The translations under genes and the position numbers were made by a program. This document shows positions 9,133-19,091 of a stretch of 64,000 bases of DNA, in pieces (position 1 is the stretch's first letter; each line of letters starts with the position of its first letter). The notes under the pieces were generated by a model, which saw only the letters and a program-made list of their open reading frames with translations, did no database searches and was not told the DNA's origin. The DNA comes from Amphiscolops sp. MND2022 (lineage: Eukaryota), in assembly GCA_964187785.1 (NCBI GenBank), contig OZ076415.1, positions 33,480,001-33,544,000 of the forward strand, given 5' to 3'.

Positions 9133-12100
9133 TCAAGTCTCCGAACCAACAAAGTGAGGAATCAAATGAAACCCCTCACATTCCAACTGCTGGAACGTCC
9201 GGCCAACATTTTTATATAGAATTATTCCAATACGCCGTCGGAGACAAAAATAAACATAATGGCCTTAGCACCCAATTTCTCATAGATACTGGCGCAACGT
9301 GCTCCATTATCAACCGTGAGACATTCACTGAGATTAACAAAATTCAGCCTTTAGTTGTAACGCCTCTCGAGAAATCGCCTTTAGCTGCTAATGGACACGC
9401 AATGCCCATGAAAGGGAAAACTATTATTCAGTCTGCGTTTGACGTAGAATATTCTTGTGTGATCGAACACACTGTTTATGTGTCTGATTCCCCCGAGGCG
9501 AGAATGAACATTCTTGGAATGGATTTTTTGGCAAATTTTGGTGAATTCATTAACTTGAGAAATCCAATGCTAATTTTAACGGTCTTCCCCGGCAAATGTG
9601 TTAAACTGTCGCCTTATTTAGACAAGCCTTTTCCCTACTTCTCCCAGGTTAATTCAGTAGAATTGACTCAAGACATTACAATTGCACCGTATTCGACCCG
9701 AGTTTTGAGTTTAATTGCTAGAGATGAAGATAAACATTTGTTCAAACAGGGAACAAGTTTCCGTTTACACCAAGACATTTTAGATACTGGCATTTACAGG
9801 TATCACGTGTATTGCTCACAAGACGAGTCGAAATATCCTTTAATGCTGAACAATCCGAACCCGAATAGTATTACTATTCGTAAAGGAATCCTTGGATACA
9901 CATTGCTCGACAGCGTCCAAGAGACCTCGCAATTGATGAGTGTCGTTGACAATGTCGCTTTCATTGAGTATCTCAAAACTTCTGAGTCTCAATGGAACAA
10001 GGATTTACACGTTTGTTCGACCGAACCGTATATTTATTCCTTAACGGAAATTGATTCACGGAAACAAATGGCCGAAAGCGCTATTTCGCAAAATGAACTG
10101 GCTACTGATTTCTCCAATGAGGTGAAATCATTACAGCCCAAAATTGCTTCCGATATTAAAAGGAAACAACTCGACGATGAATTTTACGCCGAGTTTAGTC
10201 CCGCCGAACGCAACTTTTTAGAAAAGTTCGACTTTTCTGAATCTGATATGAATGACCGTGAATTACAACATCTTCTCCGAGTTTTAGTTGAAAACAATGA
10301 CGTGTTTTCAAAATTTACTTATGATGTTGGAAAAATCACACAAACATTTCATGTACAATTGAAGAAAAACGCCGAATTACGAAAACAAAGGCCCTCAAAA
10401 GTCCCTCTGCACTACAGAGACCGACTTGAAATTCTTCTGAATGAACTGCAACGAGCTGGAATCATTCGAGAAATGGGAAATGATGTGGAAATGGGTTCCC
10501 TATTCACAAACCCTATCATCATTTTACCAAAAGGAGATACCGTGAAGCTTGTGATTGACGCACGTTATCTTAACTCAATCACTGACTTGACTAACTACTC
10601 ATGGCCCCTTGAACCAGTACAAATGTTACTGACACGACTTGATGGAGTTTATTACACAACGAGTGATTTAGCTTCCGCCTATAACCAAGTACCCCTCACC
10701 GAGGATACGAAGAAGTTGACAAGCTTTATTGTTGGTGGAAAACAGTACATGTTCGAACGAGGATTCTATGGTCTTTGCGGACTACCAAACTTCTTCAGTT
10801 GGATAATGACTATTCATTTCGCTGAAATGATAGCCAAGAAACAAGTGATAACATATATTGATGATGTTATCTTACAGGCAAAAACCAAACAAGAAATGTG
10901 GAATAATTTGGATTCATACTTCAAGTGCTTGAGATCATCAGGTCTGAAAGCTGCACCGAACAAAACAAAACTGTTCTTGAGGAAAGTTCAGTTTCTTGGA
11001 CACATTGTTTCCGACAAAGGAATCCAGCCAGTAGCCAAAAAGGTACAAGATTTGAAAAACCTGAAAAGCCCTGAGAACAAAAGAGATGTAATGCGCATCT
11101 TAGGAAGTTTAGGTTTCTACAGCACCTTCATCAAAAATCTACATGTAGATTCGAAACCTTTCTACGAACTTCTGAGAGATGACACTCCATTCAAATGGAC
11201 AAAAGAGCATGAGAACTTGTTCCAAGACATAAAAAATAGAATCAGCGAAGAAACCATCTTAGCTGTACCAAACCCAAAGTATCCGTTCCACATCCATGTC
11301 GACTCCTCCAGTATTGGTACGGGATCAATCTTAATTCAAGATTTTCCTTCCGGGAAACGTATAGTTTCCTTCAATTCGCGAGTCTTTACAAAGGATGAAC
11401 AAAAGATGTCAACGCTACATCGAGAACTGTGCGGAATCATTTCTGCTCTACAAACGTATGAGCATTTCATAATTGGATCTCGGCATCCCATCAAGGTATT
11501 CTGTGATCACAAGCCCCTCCTGTATCTATGGGCACGCAAAGGAAGATTATCTCATAGATTCTTCCGCTACCAAGTGATTATCACTCAGTTCACTAATTTG
11601 CAAATCATTTGGACCCCTGGAAAGAATTTAGCGTTTCCAGATTTGCTGAGCAGGAATGTGTCGTTGAAAGATCTCAACGGTCACCAATTACTTCACAAAG
11701 AAATTGCAAAAGATATAAAGTTCTTCAGCCAAAGTGGACACGAAGTTCAGTATCTGATAGACCACAACAGCCCTGCTGAAAGCGCCAATGATGATTTTTA
11801 CCCAATTGTTTGCACTCACCTGGGTGAAACCAAGAAGCTTCACCTGAAAAAAGATGGTACAGATCTTATTTGTACGGTATACGATCCAAACTCTCCGAAA
11901 GCGCTCTTTGATGTTTCTGACTCCTTCCGTGAAGGTAAGGACATCAACATTCGACGTAAATGGCAAACCCCACCAATGGTTGTGGAAGCCGAAGTTCAGG
12001 AAAATCATTATTCCGAAATTGACTCCGAAACTGACAATAGTGACAATGAGGCTTCTGACGAAGATCCTCTATTGAACACAGAGGTTGTAAATGCATCTAA

Positions 12101-14048
12101 AGAAGATGTTCCTTTCATCCTCTCCATTTTCACCATTCAAGACTCACTACAACCATTGAAACTCGTTACCGATAATCTAGATTTAAACAATATTTTGGCA
12201 AACCAACAGGATGACCCAGTCCTGAACACTGTTAAATCATGGATAATTAAAGGCAAAGTGCCGTCAAAAGATGTTGAGTCCCGACAATGCAAAGGATTAC
12301 TCGGTTATTCAAATCAATTTGAAAAATTGTTCATTGACGAAGAAACACACCTTGTTTGTAAAACTAGCAAGCATTCATCACGACAAATATGTCTGCCCCG
12401 CAACTGTTTCATTGAAGCTTTCAATGTTGCACACGATCATCGGCTTTCAGGACATCCAGGATGTGAAAAGACACTTTCGTCTCTGAAAAGACTTTTCTAT
12501 TGGCCTGGTATGTACAAATGGGTAAGGACTCTAACGAAGAGCTGCCTGATCTGCCGAAAAAATAAACAAATCAGAAAAGATCAAAACACCGCTCCCAACG
12601 AAAAATGGGGAGAAGAAATTCCTTATCCCTTCCACACTGTTCACATTGACCACAAAGGACCTTTGAATCCCATGAGTGACGGAAAACATCACTGTTTAGT
12701 TGTGATTGACGCATTCTCACGATTCATACAAGTTTACCCAGTCAAGTCGACTGATGCAAGTAATACTATTGAAGCCATGACTTCTTTCATTACTTCATTT
12801 GGTTTTCCTCAAAAACTTGTATATGATAGAGGTACGTCGTTCATGAGCACTGATTTCTCAACCTTTCTCTTGGATTTAGGCATAACGCATGCCCCAAGAA
12901 CTAAATGGTCCCCTTGGACTAACGGCAAGGTTGAAATCCAAAACAAACACCTCAGTCGATACTTTCGATGCTATCTTTCCGAAGCAGGAAATAATTGGGC
13001 CAAGCTGGCTCCTCAATTCGCCTTTGCTCATAACACTTCAGTGAACGCCAGTACAGGAGCAACTCCCTATGAAGTTGTTTTTGGATTTAAACCACAAATT
13101 CCGATTTCGTTGAAACTAGGTCTCGTAAGAGACGACAATGATTTGTGTCAATCCGAATTCTGTCAGTCTTTACCTGACCATTCACACATGAATAAAGACA
13201 CGAATCATTCTTGCATTGACTCCTTACTGACGTCAAAATGTTCGTTGGATTTGTTACACAGAGAAACACAATTCAAAAACATATACAGAAAAGTATATAC
13301 CAAAGTTCGTAAAGCGAATCATCGATCTCTGCCGTACCGAAACAAGTACAAACTCGCTAAACCATTGCGAGTTGGACAAAAAGTACTACTCGAAAATCAT
13401 CAAGTCCCATTCGGGAAATCACAAAAGTTGTGCGAGCTCCGAAGTGGACCGTACACTGTGACTAAAGTGATCGCGAAAGTGAACTACCAAGTCGCGCTCG
13501 ATTCGGATCCAACGAGGATTCAAGTCGTTCATCGTAATCATCTCGTTGAATTCTTCCCTCGTGACAATGATTTACCGACTTTATTGTCCAATTACGAAAA
13601 GCCTGTCAACGACGACAGAACCGAACATTTTTACAACGAGTATGCAAAGAATCGACTCTCCGAATTGAACAAACCAATTGAAGCGCTTGCTGAACGACAG
13701 CACGTACAAGAATACTTACCTATTTTTCCCGACGCTCCTGGTCCATCCAGGATGAACACGACTTATAGTTCGCCTGCTAAATGCGGCTCTGCTCATTCGA
13801 CACCGAATTTCTTAGCGAGCTCCCCCGACTCTGGCATCCCGCAGTCATCTCCTCAAACCCCTATTTCATTTCAAGGAGAATCGCCAGCAATAACCAGTCA
13901 GCCAATCACTCCTAGTCCTTTGCCTCGCACTTTTAGTACTAACCCAAACAATATTCCTTCAAATAGCACTGCCGCTGCTCCACGCTCAAGAAACACTGGA
14001 ACGTTACGAAACATTCCTAGAGAGTGGTACGGAAAGCCTTATTTCTAA
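9114..14048 (+). CDS. pol: Pol polyprotein PR-RT-RNase H-IN (1644 aa, intact)
   Basis: LIDTGA protease; DLASAYNQV and YIDD RT; VDSS / ELCGI / CDHKPL RNase H; HDH..GH..C..C zinc finger; HIDHKGP / YDRGTSF / VEIQNK DDE core; GPY motif. Domain order is Ty3/gypsy. Confidence 0.97.
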   Translation: MQSFKLIKSPNQQSEESNETPHIPTAGTSGQHFYIELFQYAVGDKNKHNGLSTQFLIDTGATCSIINRETFTEINKIQPLVVTPLEKSPLAANGHAMPMKGKTIIQSAFDVEYSCVIEHTVYVSDSPEARMNILGMDFLANFGEFINLRNPMLILTVFPGKCVKLSPYLDKPFPYFSQVNSVELTQDITIAPYSTRVLSLIARDEDKHLFKQGTSFRLHQDILDTGIYRYHVYCSQDESKYPLMLNNPNPNSITIRKGILGYTLLDSVQETSQLMSVVDNVAFIEYLKTSESQWNKDLHVCSTEPYIYSLTEIDSRKQMAESAISQNELATDFSNEVKSLQPKIASDIKRKQLDDEFYAEFSPAERNFLEKFDFSESDMNDRELQHLLRVLVENNDVFSKFTYDVGKITQTFHVQLKKNAELRKQRPSKVPLHYRDRLEILLNELQRAGIIREMGNDVEMGSLFTNPIIILPKGDTVKLVIDARYLNSITDLTNYSWPLEPVQMLLTRLDGVYYTTSDLASAYNQVPLTEDTKKLTSFIVGGKQYMFERGFYGLCGLPNFFSWIMTIHFAEMIAKKQVITYIDDVILQAKTKQEMWNNLDSYFKCLRSSGLKAAPNKTKLFLRKVQFLGHIVSDKGIQPVAKKVQDLKNLKSPENKRDVMRILGSLGFYSTFIKNLHVDSKPFYELLRDDTPFKWTKEHENLFQDIKNRISEETILAVPNPKYPFHIHVDSSSIGTGSILIQDFPSGKRIVSFNSRVFTKDEQKMSTLHRELCGIISALQTYEHFIIGSRHPIKVFCDHKPLLYLWARKGRLSHRFFRYQVIITQFTNLQIIWTPGKNLAFPDLLSRNVSLKDLNGHQLLHKEIAKDIKFFSQSGHEVQYLIDHNSPAESANDDFYPIVCTHLGETKKLHLKKDGTDLICTVYDPNSPKALFDVSDSFREGKDINIRRKWQTPPMVVEAEVQENHYSEIDSETDNSDNEASDEDPLLNTEVVNASKEDVPFILSIFTIQDSLQPLKLVTDNLDLNNILANQQDDPVLNTVKSWIIKGKVPSKDVESRQCKGLLGYSNQFEKLFIDEETHLVCKTSKHSSRQICLPRNCFIEAFNVAHDHRLSGHPGCEKTLSSLKRLFYWPGMYKWVRTLTKSCLICRKNKQIRKDQNTAPNEKWGEEIPYPFHTVHIDHKGPLNPMSDGKHHCLVVIDAFSRFIQVYPVKSTDASNTIEAMTSFITSFGFPQKLVYDRGTSFMSTDFSTFLLDLGITHAPRTKWSPWTNGKVEIQNKHLSRYFRCYLSEAGNNWAKLAPQFAFAHNTSVNASTGATPYEVVFGFKPQIPISLKLGLVRDDNDLCQSEFCQSLPDHSHMNKDTNHSCIDSLLTSKCSLDLLHRETQFKNIYRKVYTKVRKANHRSLPYRNKYKLAKPLRVGQKVLLENHQVPFGKSQKLCELRSGPYTVTKVIAKVNYQVALDSDPTRIQVVHRNHLVEFFPRDNDLPTLLSNYEKPVNDDRTEHFYNEYAKNRLSELNKPIEALAERQHVQEYLPIFPDAPGPSRMNTTYSSPAKCGSAHSTPNFLASSPDSGIPQSSPQTPISFQGESPAITSQPITPSPLPRTFSTNPNNIPSNSTAAAPRSRNTGTLRNIPREWYGKPYF
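9123..9129 (+). promoter_or_regulatory. -1 ribosomal frameshift slippery site U_UUA_AAC
   Basis: The gag frame ends CCT TTA AAC TAA. A -1 slip gives FKLIKSP, the pol frame. Confidence 0.8.
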
Positions 14049-14159
14049 TATTATTATAATTTCTCTTTTTCTACTCTCTCTCGCCAAATCATTCCCAACA
14101 AATCCTATGCAAAGCGCATTTGTATAACTTTCTACTGTTTCTATCTCTATTTATACAAG

Positions 14160-16514
14160 ATGTTTTATTTTATTCTTTTCCTTTTTCCTTTTTCTTGTGC
14201 AAGTGATGACTTTGACAATGTGTCAAAGAACTTGTTTGTATCTCATTACGATTGCACAAAAATGCAAGACAATCGAATGTACTCCCTGAATAAGGTAGCA
14301 GAATGCAAGATTACACCAGAAAACTTGTATGTCACGCCGGTTACTATCACACTTTATCAGAAGAACTACCGGACTGACCTGGCAGCAACAATGTGTTCTG
14401 TCAAGGCCCATGTCTTCCGCTACAATTGTGGAATGTTTTCGCATTCGTCCTACGTTCATACTCAAAATAGTATAACATATGACCTCATCGTTACCCCTGA
14501 AATGTGCCGACAGGCATCAAAGACAAACAAAATTAAAATTTCGTCTTTTAGCGAAAACTTCGATGCCCCAATTGAATTCGATACAAAGAAACAATCGAAT
14601 TTCAATGATAGACAATCAGTCCGCACAACCATTCATTGCTCAAGTGGTCAAGTACAGCACTATACCTTCGAGACGTTCATGCAACGTGTGAATTTGACAT
14701 TCGATTACGGAACCAAAGAGGTTTCCAATCCAAATAAACAAAAATTGCCATGTCTTTTAATGGAGGGTGGTTGCGAGACCACTACTTTAGACCCATTCGC
14801 TTACACGTGGGATACTCCCGAAAACTGCGTGATGACAAAAATCCTCACTCAGGAAGCAAAAATGCTTAAGTATCCATTGTCAACGAACAGAAACGAAAAC
14901 CAATTTTTCCTAATCAGCGAATATAATGAGACTGGCAAAGGAATGAACCTCAAAATCAAAGTCTTCCCTGAAAGCTATGAGCTATGTGGGAAACCTGAGC
15001 GATTGTTCGAAACAAATTTTGAGAGTCTATTTGTGACTTACCAAGGAGGTTTCGCAATGCCAGGTGGAGAACTACGAACTAAAGAACATGCTTTTAACGC
15101 CTACCAATTTTCCATTGACAACTCTAGCCAGGTCTCTTATTCGTCATTATCTTTCAGCAAATCAAATGGCCAATGGATTGGTGCACAGCCTTGGCATACC
15201 GTCGGCGCGGATGAAATTGATTATGAATTGCACTTGGGAACAAAGTTAGACTATATAATGTACTTCAATGCGAAGCAATTGAGGCATTCTGAAATGACAC
15301 TTCTGCAGAGTCAATGCGAACTCGAACGAACTCAAATGTTAACTATTTTAATGTTAGCAATGCAAAACACAAGACTTGCCGGTTACATGTTAACTGGAAA
15401 CATCTCTATGTTCCTTGACACCGATGGAAGTGTCGCACGGTTATACCATTGTCCGAAGTTTTTGTCGCCCTTGAAAGTGCTTGATAAATGTTATGATCGA
15501 ATCCCGATCATGTTTGAACGGTCTACGAAATTTGTAGATCCTATCACCCGTCAGACTTATGATTTTGCATCCGAGATACCCTGTTTGGGAGATTACACAA
15601 ATGTGTTTCAACTTGATCTCGAAAATGACAATTCCTGGTACCAACTTTTACCTGAGCCCATGCCTTTCAATAAACCTTTGTTGTTCAAGCCAACTGAACT
15701 TGGACATATTACTCAGTTTCCAACTTTCGACACCAGGCGTGCTGGAATGTACACCCCAAATCAAATGAAAAATTTTTGGGATAATGTAATCCACAACTCT
15801 TCTTCTGATACATTATTGAAGAAGCTTACTCGGACTATTTTGACTCGAGGTAACTCAGTTCGAATTTCCGAACCGGGAAACTTGGAACGTCTTTTGAGTC
15901 TAAATGATAGACTTCTGTTGGATCACTTGTTGACGCCTTCTTTTTTCGTCGATAAATTCAAGGAAACTTTTGGCGAATTGGGATATATTATTCAATGTTT
16001 AGGAAACTTTTTTGCTTGTTTCCTTTTGGTAAAGTTCGTTATTGATGTTGTTGTCATCGTCCTCCGAGGACTTGAAATTCGAAAAGTTTCTGGTGCCACT
16101 TTTGGTTTTGTCAGAACTATGTTAGGCGCAACTTTTAATTTATTTGTTCTCTCACTTCAGACTCCAATGTACGAAAATGAGGAAAATAAAAGGATTTCAA
16201 ATGGTTTCTCGCAGAACCCTGCAGGCAATAGACCTATAGCTGCACCAATGTACGAAGAAAATCCGACTCTTTTGTATCCTCAAGTACATCTCTTGAACAA
16301 TCCGATTGCGATTGGTTCTACTCTTAATGAAAGACAAAGAGCTGACTCAAATGTATTAAATCAAACAGGAAATGCTCCTAGTACATTAAATACCTTTTTA
16401 CAAAATAACAATGGCAATAACAGTTCTGGAAATGCTCCGTCTACTGTCAATGAAAATGCTCCTAGTACCTCAAATAACAACAGTAATGGAAATGCTCCAT
16501 TACCCCCACCATAA
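14160..16514 (+). CDS. env: Envelope glycoprotein, class III (chuvirus G / gB-type) fusogen-like
   Basis: N-terminal signal peptide; HYDC..YSLNKVAEC, CGMFSH, PEMC, CELER..LAGY, HC..KCYDRIP..FVDPITR..PC motifs; six N-x-S/T sequons; TM segment near 15995-16075; long N-rich tail. Confidence 0.8.
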   Translation: MFYFILFLFPFSCASDDFDNVSKNLFVSHYDCTKMQDNRMYSLNKVAECKITPENLYVTPVTITLYQKNYRTDLAATMCSVKAHVFRYNCGMFSHSSYVHTQNSITYDLIVTPEMCRQASKTNKIKISSFSENFDAPIEFDTKKQSNFNDRQSVRTTIHCSSGQVQHYTFETFMQRVNLTFDYGTKEVSNPNKQKLPCLLMEGGCETTTLDPFAYTWDTPENCVMTKILTQEAKMLKYPLSTNRNENQFFLISEYNETGKGMNLKIKVFPESYELCGKPERLFETNFESLFVTYQGGFAMPGGELRTKEHAFNAYQFSIDNSSQVSYSSLSFSKSNGQWIGAQPWHTVGADEIDYELHLGTKLDYIMYFNAKQLRHSEMTLLQSQCELERTQMLTILMLAMQNTRLAGYMLTGNISMFLDTDGSVARLYHCPKFLSPLKVLDKCYDRIPIMFERSTKFVDPITRQTYDFASEIPCLGDYTNVFQLDLENDNSWYQLLPEPMPFNKPLLFKPTELGHITQFPTFDTRRAGMYTPNQMKNFWDNVIHNSSSDTLLKKLTRTILTRGNSVRISEPGNLERLLSLNDRLLLDHLLTPSFFVDKFKETFGELGYIIQCLGNFFACFLLVKFVIDVVVIVLRGLEIRKVSGATFGFVRTMLGATFNLFVLSLQTPMYENEENKRISNGFSQNPAGNRPIAAPMYEENPTLLYPQVHLLNNPIAIGSTLNERQRADSNVLNQTGNAPSTLNTFLQNNNGNNSSGNAPSTVNENAPSTSNNNSNGNAPLPPP

Positions 16515-16808
16515 AGTTTACAAAAAACGTTTACTCTTTAGTGAAATTTCTCTTACTTAAAAGTGATAAGGCTTCTTGGAATAGATACCACTGTGATTGT
16601 TGATGTTTTTCTTCTGGTCACAAACATAATGACACCAGCACAAATTGACTTACAAACCCTATATAACTCGCTTTCTAAAATTTAGTACAGTCGCCAACTA
16701 CTTAACCTCAAGCCTAATACCAACTATTTATTCTCCAGTTACTCCACTTATCCAGTTCTCTTGCTTTTGATATTCACTTTTCATATTCAACTACAAATAT
16801 AATTTATA

Positions 16809-17339
16809 ATGTCGCATGCTATTAACTTGTTCGAACCTGAAGGTTTTATCCCCAACGACTTACGCCCTCCTAATGTCAACTTCCGATCACGAAAAACTAA
16901 GCGGGTAAAGCCCTGCTTCCCCAAACCCTTCAGGCAGGCTAACAAAAGAATAGCCTCTGAAGCTCCTGAGCCAAATTGGCCAAAAAAGACATCCAAATTG
17001 GAAAATGATATGAACTTAGACCCTAACCGCCTGTCAAAGAGACTCGGTGATGGGAAAATTAAAGGCCCCTCGTGCGTGTCAAGGAGACTCGACGACGGGT
17101 TACCCAAAGAAAAAAATTAGTTTCCAAGCCTTAAAGAAAGACTTGATATCCAAAAGTCCCGAGAGACAAATATAGATACAGACGACCCAAAATTCATTAA
17201 ATTCCTGAAGTATGGTATGAGGAAGGACCATAATGAATGGTTCCTTGCCACACCTAAACAAGGAAGTGAACTTGTTAACAAGAAGTTGAATTGTTCCATT
17301 GTCATTCCCCCTGAACGCTCCCCCGCTATAAACATTTAA
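16809..17339 (+). CDS. Accessory ORF4, basic/Pro-rich; in-frame TAG at 17118-17120
   Basis: 103 aa to the TAG, then 72 more open codons in the same frame to TAA at 17337-17339. Lies inside the LTR-bounded element. Confidence 0.55.
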
Positions 17340-17352
17340 TCTACCAAAGGAA

Positions 17353-18369
17353 ATGAATCAATGGAGACTAAAAGATCGTCTTCCCGAAGAAAGGAAGTAC
17401 GTAATCTACAACCATCAAATTGATTCTCTAATTAAAGCCCCCTTTGGTGTAATCACCGCGTTTCCTGACGACCCAAACCCCCTGTTTAACGACAACGCCA
17501 GTACTTGTAGCTCGTCAATCAGTACACCAGCTTCCAAGGAATCACATCATGATAATTCCCAAATCTCACACAACAAACAACCAACAGTCAATGCGACTAC
17601 ACAAACAAAAAATGAAGAGTGGATAGACACACCTGATACCAATCTTACCGCTGCACTCTGGAAAACTGAATTCGCAATTGCCGAATTTGAACAGCAAAAC
17701 CGTAGTCTGAATATCGAACTAGCCAACTTAAAGAATGCCCTCTGCTCTGCCAATCGATCACGAGCAATGGCTAAAGAGAATGCAACTCGAGCAGAATTTA
17801 AGTTAGAGATCTCCGAAAGAGTAACATCAGACCTTTTCGATGAGAACAAGGAACTGAAGAGCCAAATTGAAGAAGCGACCTCCAAAGCGGAGTCACTTCA
17901 AAGTCAACTCTTGGAGTCCATTAAAACAAACATTCTTCTCAAAGAAAAACTTGATGCCTTCGATGAGGCAAATAAACAGTTCAAGGAGATCCTTGATAAA
18001 AAGGACACCAGGCTCAAAGACCAAGCTAACATCGACAAATTGATCAAACAACTGCAAATAATGAGAGTCGAGATTGACATTCAACGTGCAGAGGCTATCC
18101 AGTTAATCCAAGCAGTAGATGGGAAACAATATGAAAAATTAGAAAAATGCCTACACGCCCTGTTAACCCATGCAGACCACTGGGATTGGCAACAGTATGA
18201 GAAGTATTCCATATTTAACCTAAAACGAGGAAATGTAAAAGCCAGACTATCAACTGTATACTACCCCATCGCCTATAACTTCGACAAGGATCCAGAATGG
18301 AAAACCAAATGCACTAGACTACCCTGGCCTGTCAACACGAAACAAGTCCCAACCGGAAAGAATCATTAA
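17353..18369 (+). CDS. Accessory ORF5, 338-aa coiled-coil protein of unknown function
   Basis: Intact ATG-to-stop ORF with a heptad-like E/K/Q/L-rich core and an aromatic C-terminal domain (HADHWDWQQYEKY..LPWP). Confidence 0.75.
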   Translation: MNQWRLKDRLPEERKYVIYNHQIDSLIKAPFGVITAFPDDPNPLFNDNASTCSSSISTPASKESHHDNSQISHNKQPTVNATTQTKNEEWIDTPDTNLTAALWKTEFAIAEFEQQNRSLNIELANLKNALCSANRSRAMAKENATRAEFKLEISERVTSDLFDENKELKSQIEEATSKAESLQSQLLESIKTNILLKEKLDAFDEANKQFKEILDKKDTRLKDQANIDKLIKQLQIMRVEIDIQRAEAIQLIQAVDGKQYEKLEKCLHALLTHADHWDWQQYEKYSIFNLKRGNVKARLSTVYYPIAYNFDKDPEWKTKCTRLPWPVNTKQVPTGKNH

Positions 18370-18570
18370 AAGCCCCTATAAACTGCTCTTCAACAAAAAC
18401 TGAAACTCTTTTAACATGATAATTTGCTTAAACATATTTAACTTTTAAAATTTCTTTACCTTAACGTAAACTTTACATAAAGCTTTACCCATTATTCATT
18501 ATATCCATTTTATAACCATTATACCCATTAATTGATTTTGGTATTACGACTAATGCAGTCTTCTCTGTCA

Positions 18571-18582
18571 ACTGGGGTGAGT
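18571..18582 (+). promoter_or_regulatory. Short polypurine-tract candidate (PPT)
   Basis: ACTGGGGTGAGT directly before the 3' LTR; atypically short. Confidence 0.45.
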
Positions 18583-19087
18583 TGTAGCAATGCGCTATTT
18601 CTAATTTAGTTCATTTTCCCAACAGAGGAAATTGACTCAGAGACATAATAATTTCCAAAGCGGAATTATTAGAGCATTTTAATTTCTAAGCGAATAGCAA
18701 CGCGCTAAAAGGAAATTGCAATTCCCAAATTCCTTTAATGCTCAGCCAATAGGAAAAAGCCACGCGATAGTAGAACTGTCCTGAGCTGGAAAGAGAAATA
18801 CAGGTACCCATTCCAACGCGGAACACTGAGAATTCACTCGCTCTCTTCTCTTCTCTTTCTTTCCTTACTTTGCTCTCTGACTTAAAACTCTCCCTTAAAT
18901 TCAGCTGACAAAGAGTCCTGAATTTTAACTTAGAAATATTCTAAAGTCTGAAATGCTCGACTTAGAAAATTATTCTATCTTATAAACACCCCACTTCTAA
19001 TTTACCTTCACTTTATAACAATTTTTTTAGACTTATTGCAAAGTTAGAAAGCGAGTCCTAAGTAACTAAAATCACCGGTTTACAACA
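18583..19087 (+). repeat. 3' LTR
   Basis: 503/505 identical to the 5' LTR; followed by TSD ATAT. Confidence 0.97.
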
Positions 19088-19091
19088 ATAT

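Larger units (their letters stand above)
6863..19087 (+). mobile_element. Full-length env-bearing Ty3/gypsy LTR retrotransposon (12,225 bp)
   Basis: TG..CA LTRs of 505 bp, TSD ATAT (6859-6862 and 19088-19091), PBS, gag, PR-RT-RH-IN pol, env, two further ORFs. Confidence 0.97.

Noticed and set aside
8188-18084. Many short antisense or alternate-frame ORFs over gag, pol, env and ORF5
   Set aside because: Expected shadows of long coding frames; no motifs or independent signals.
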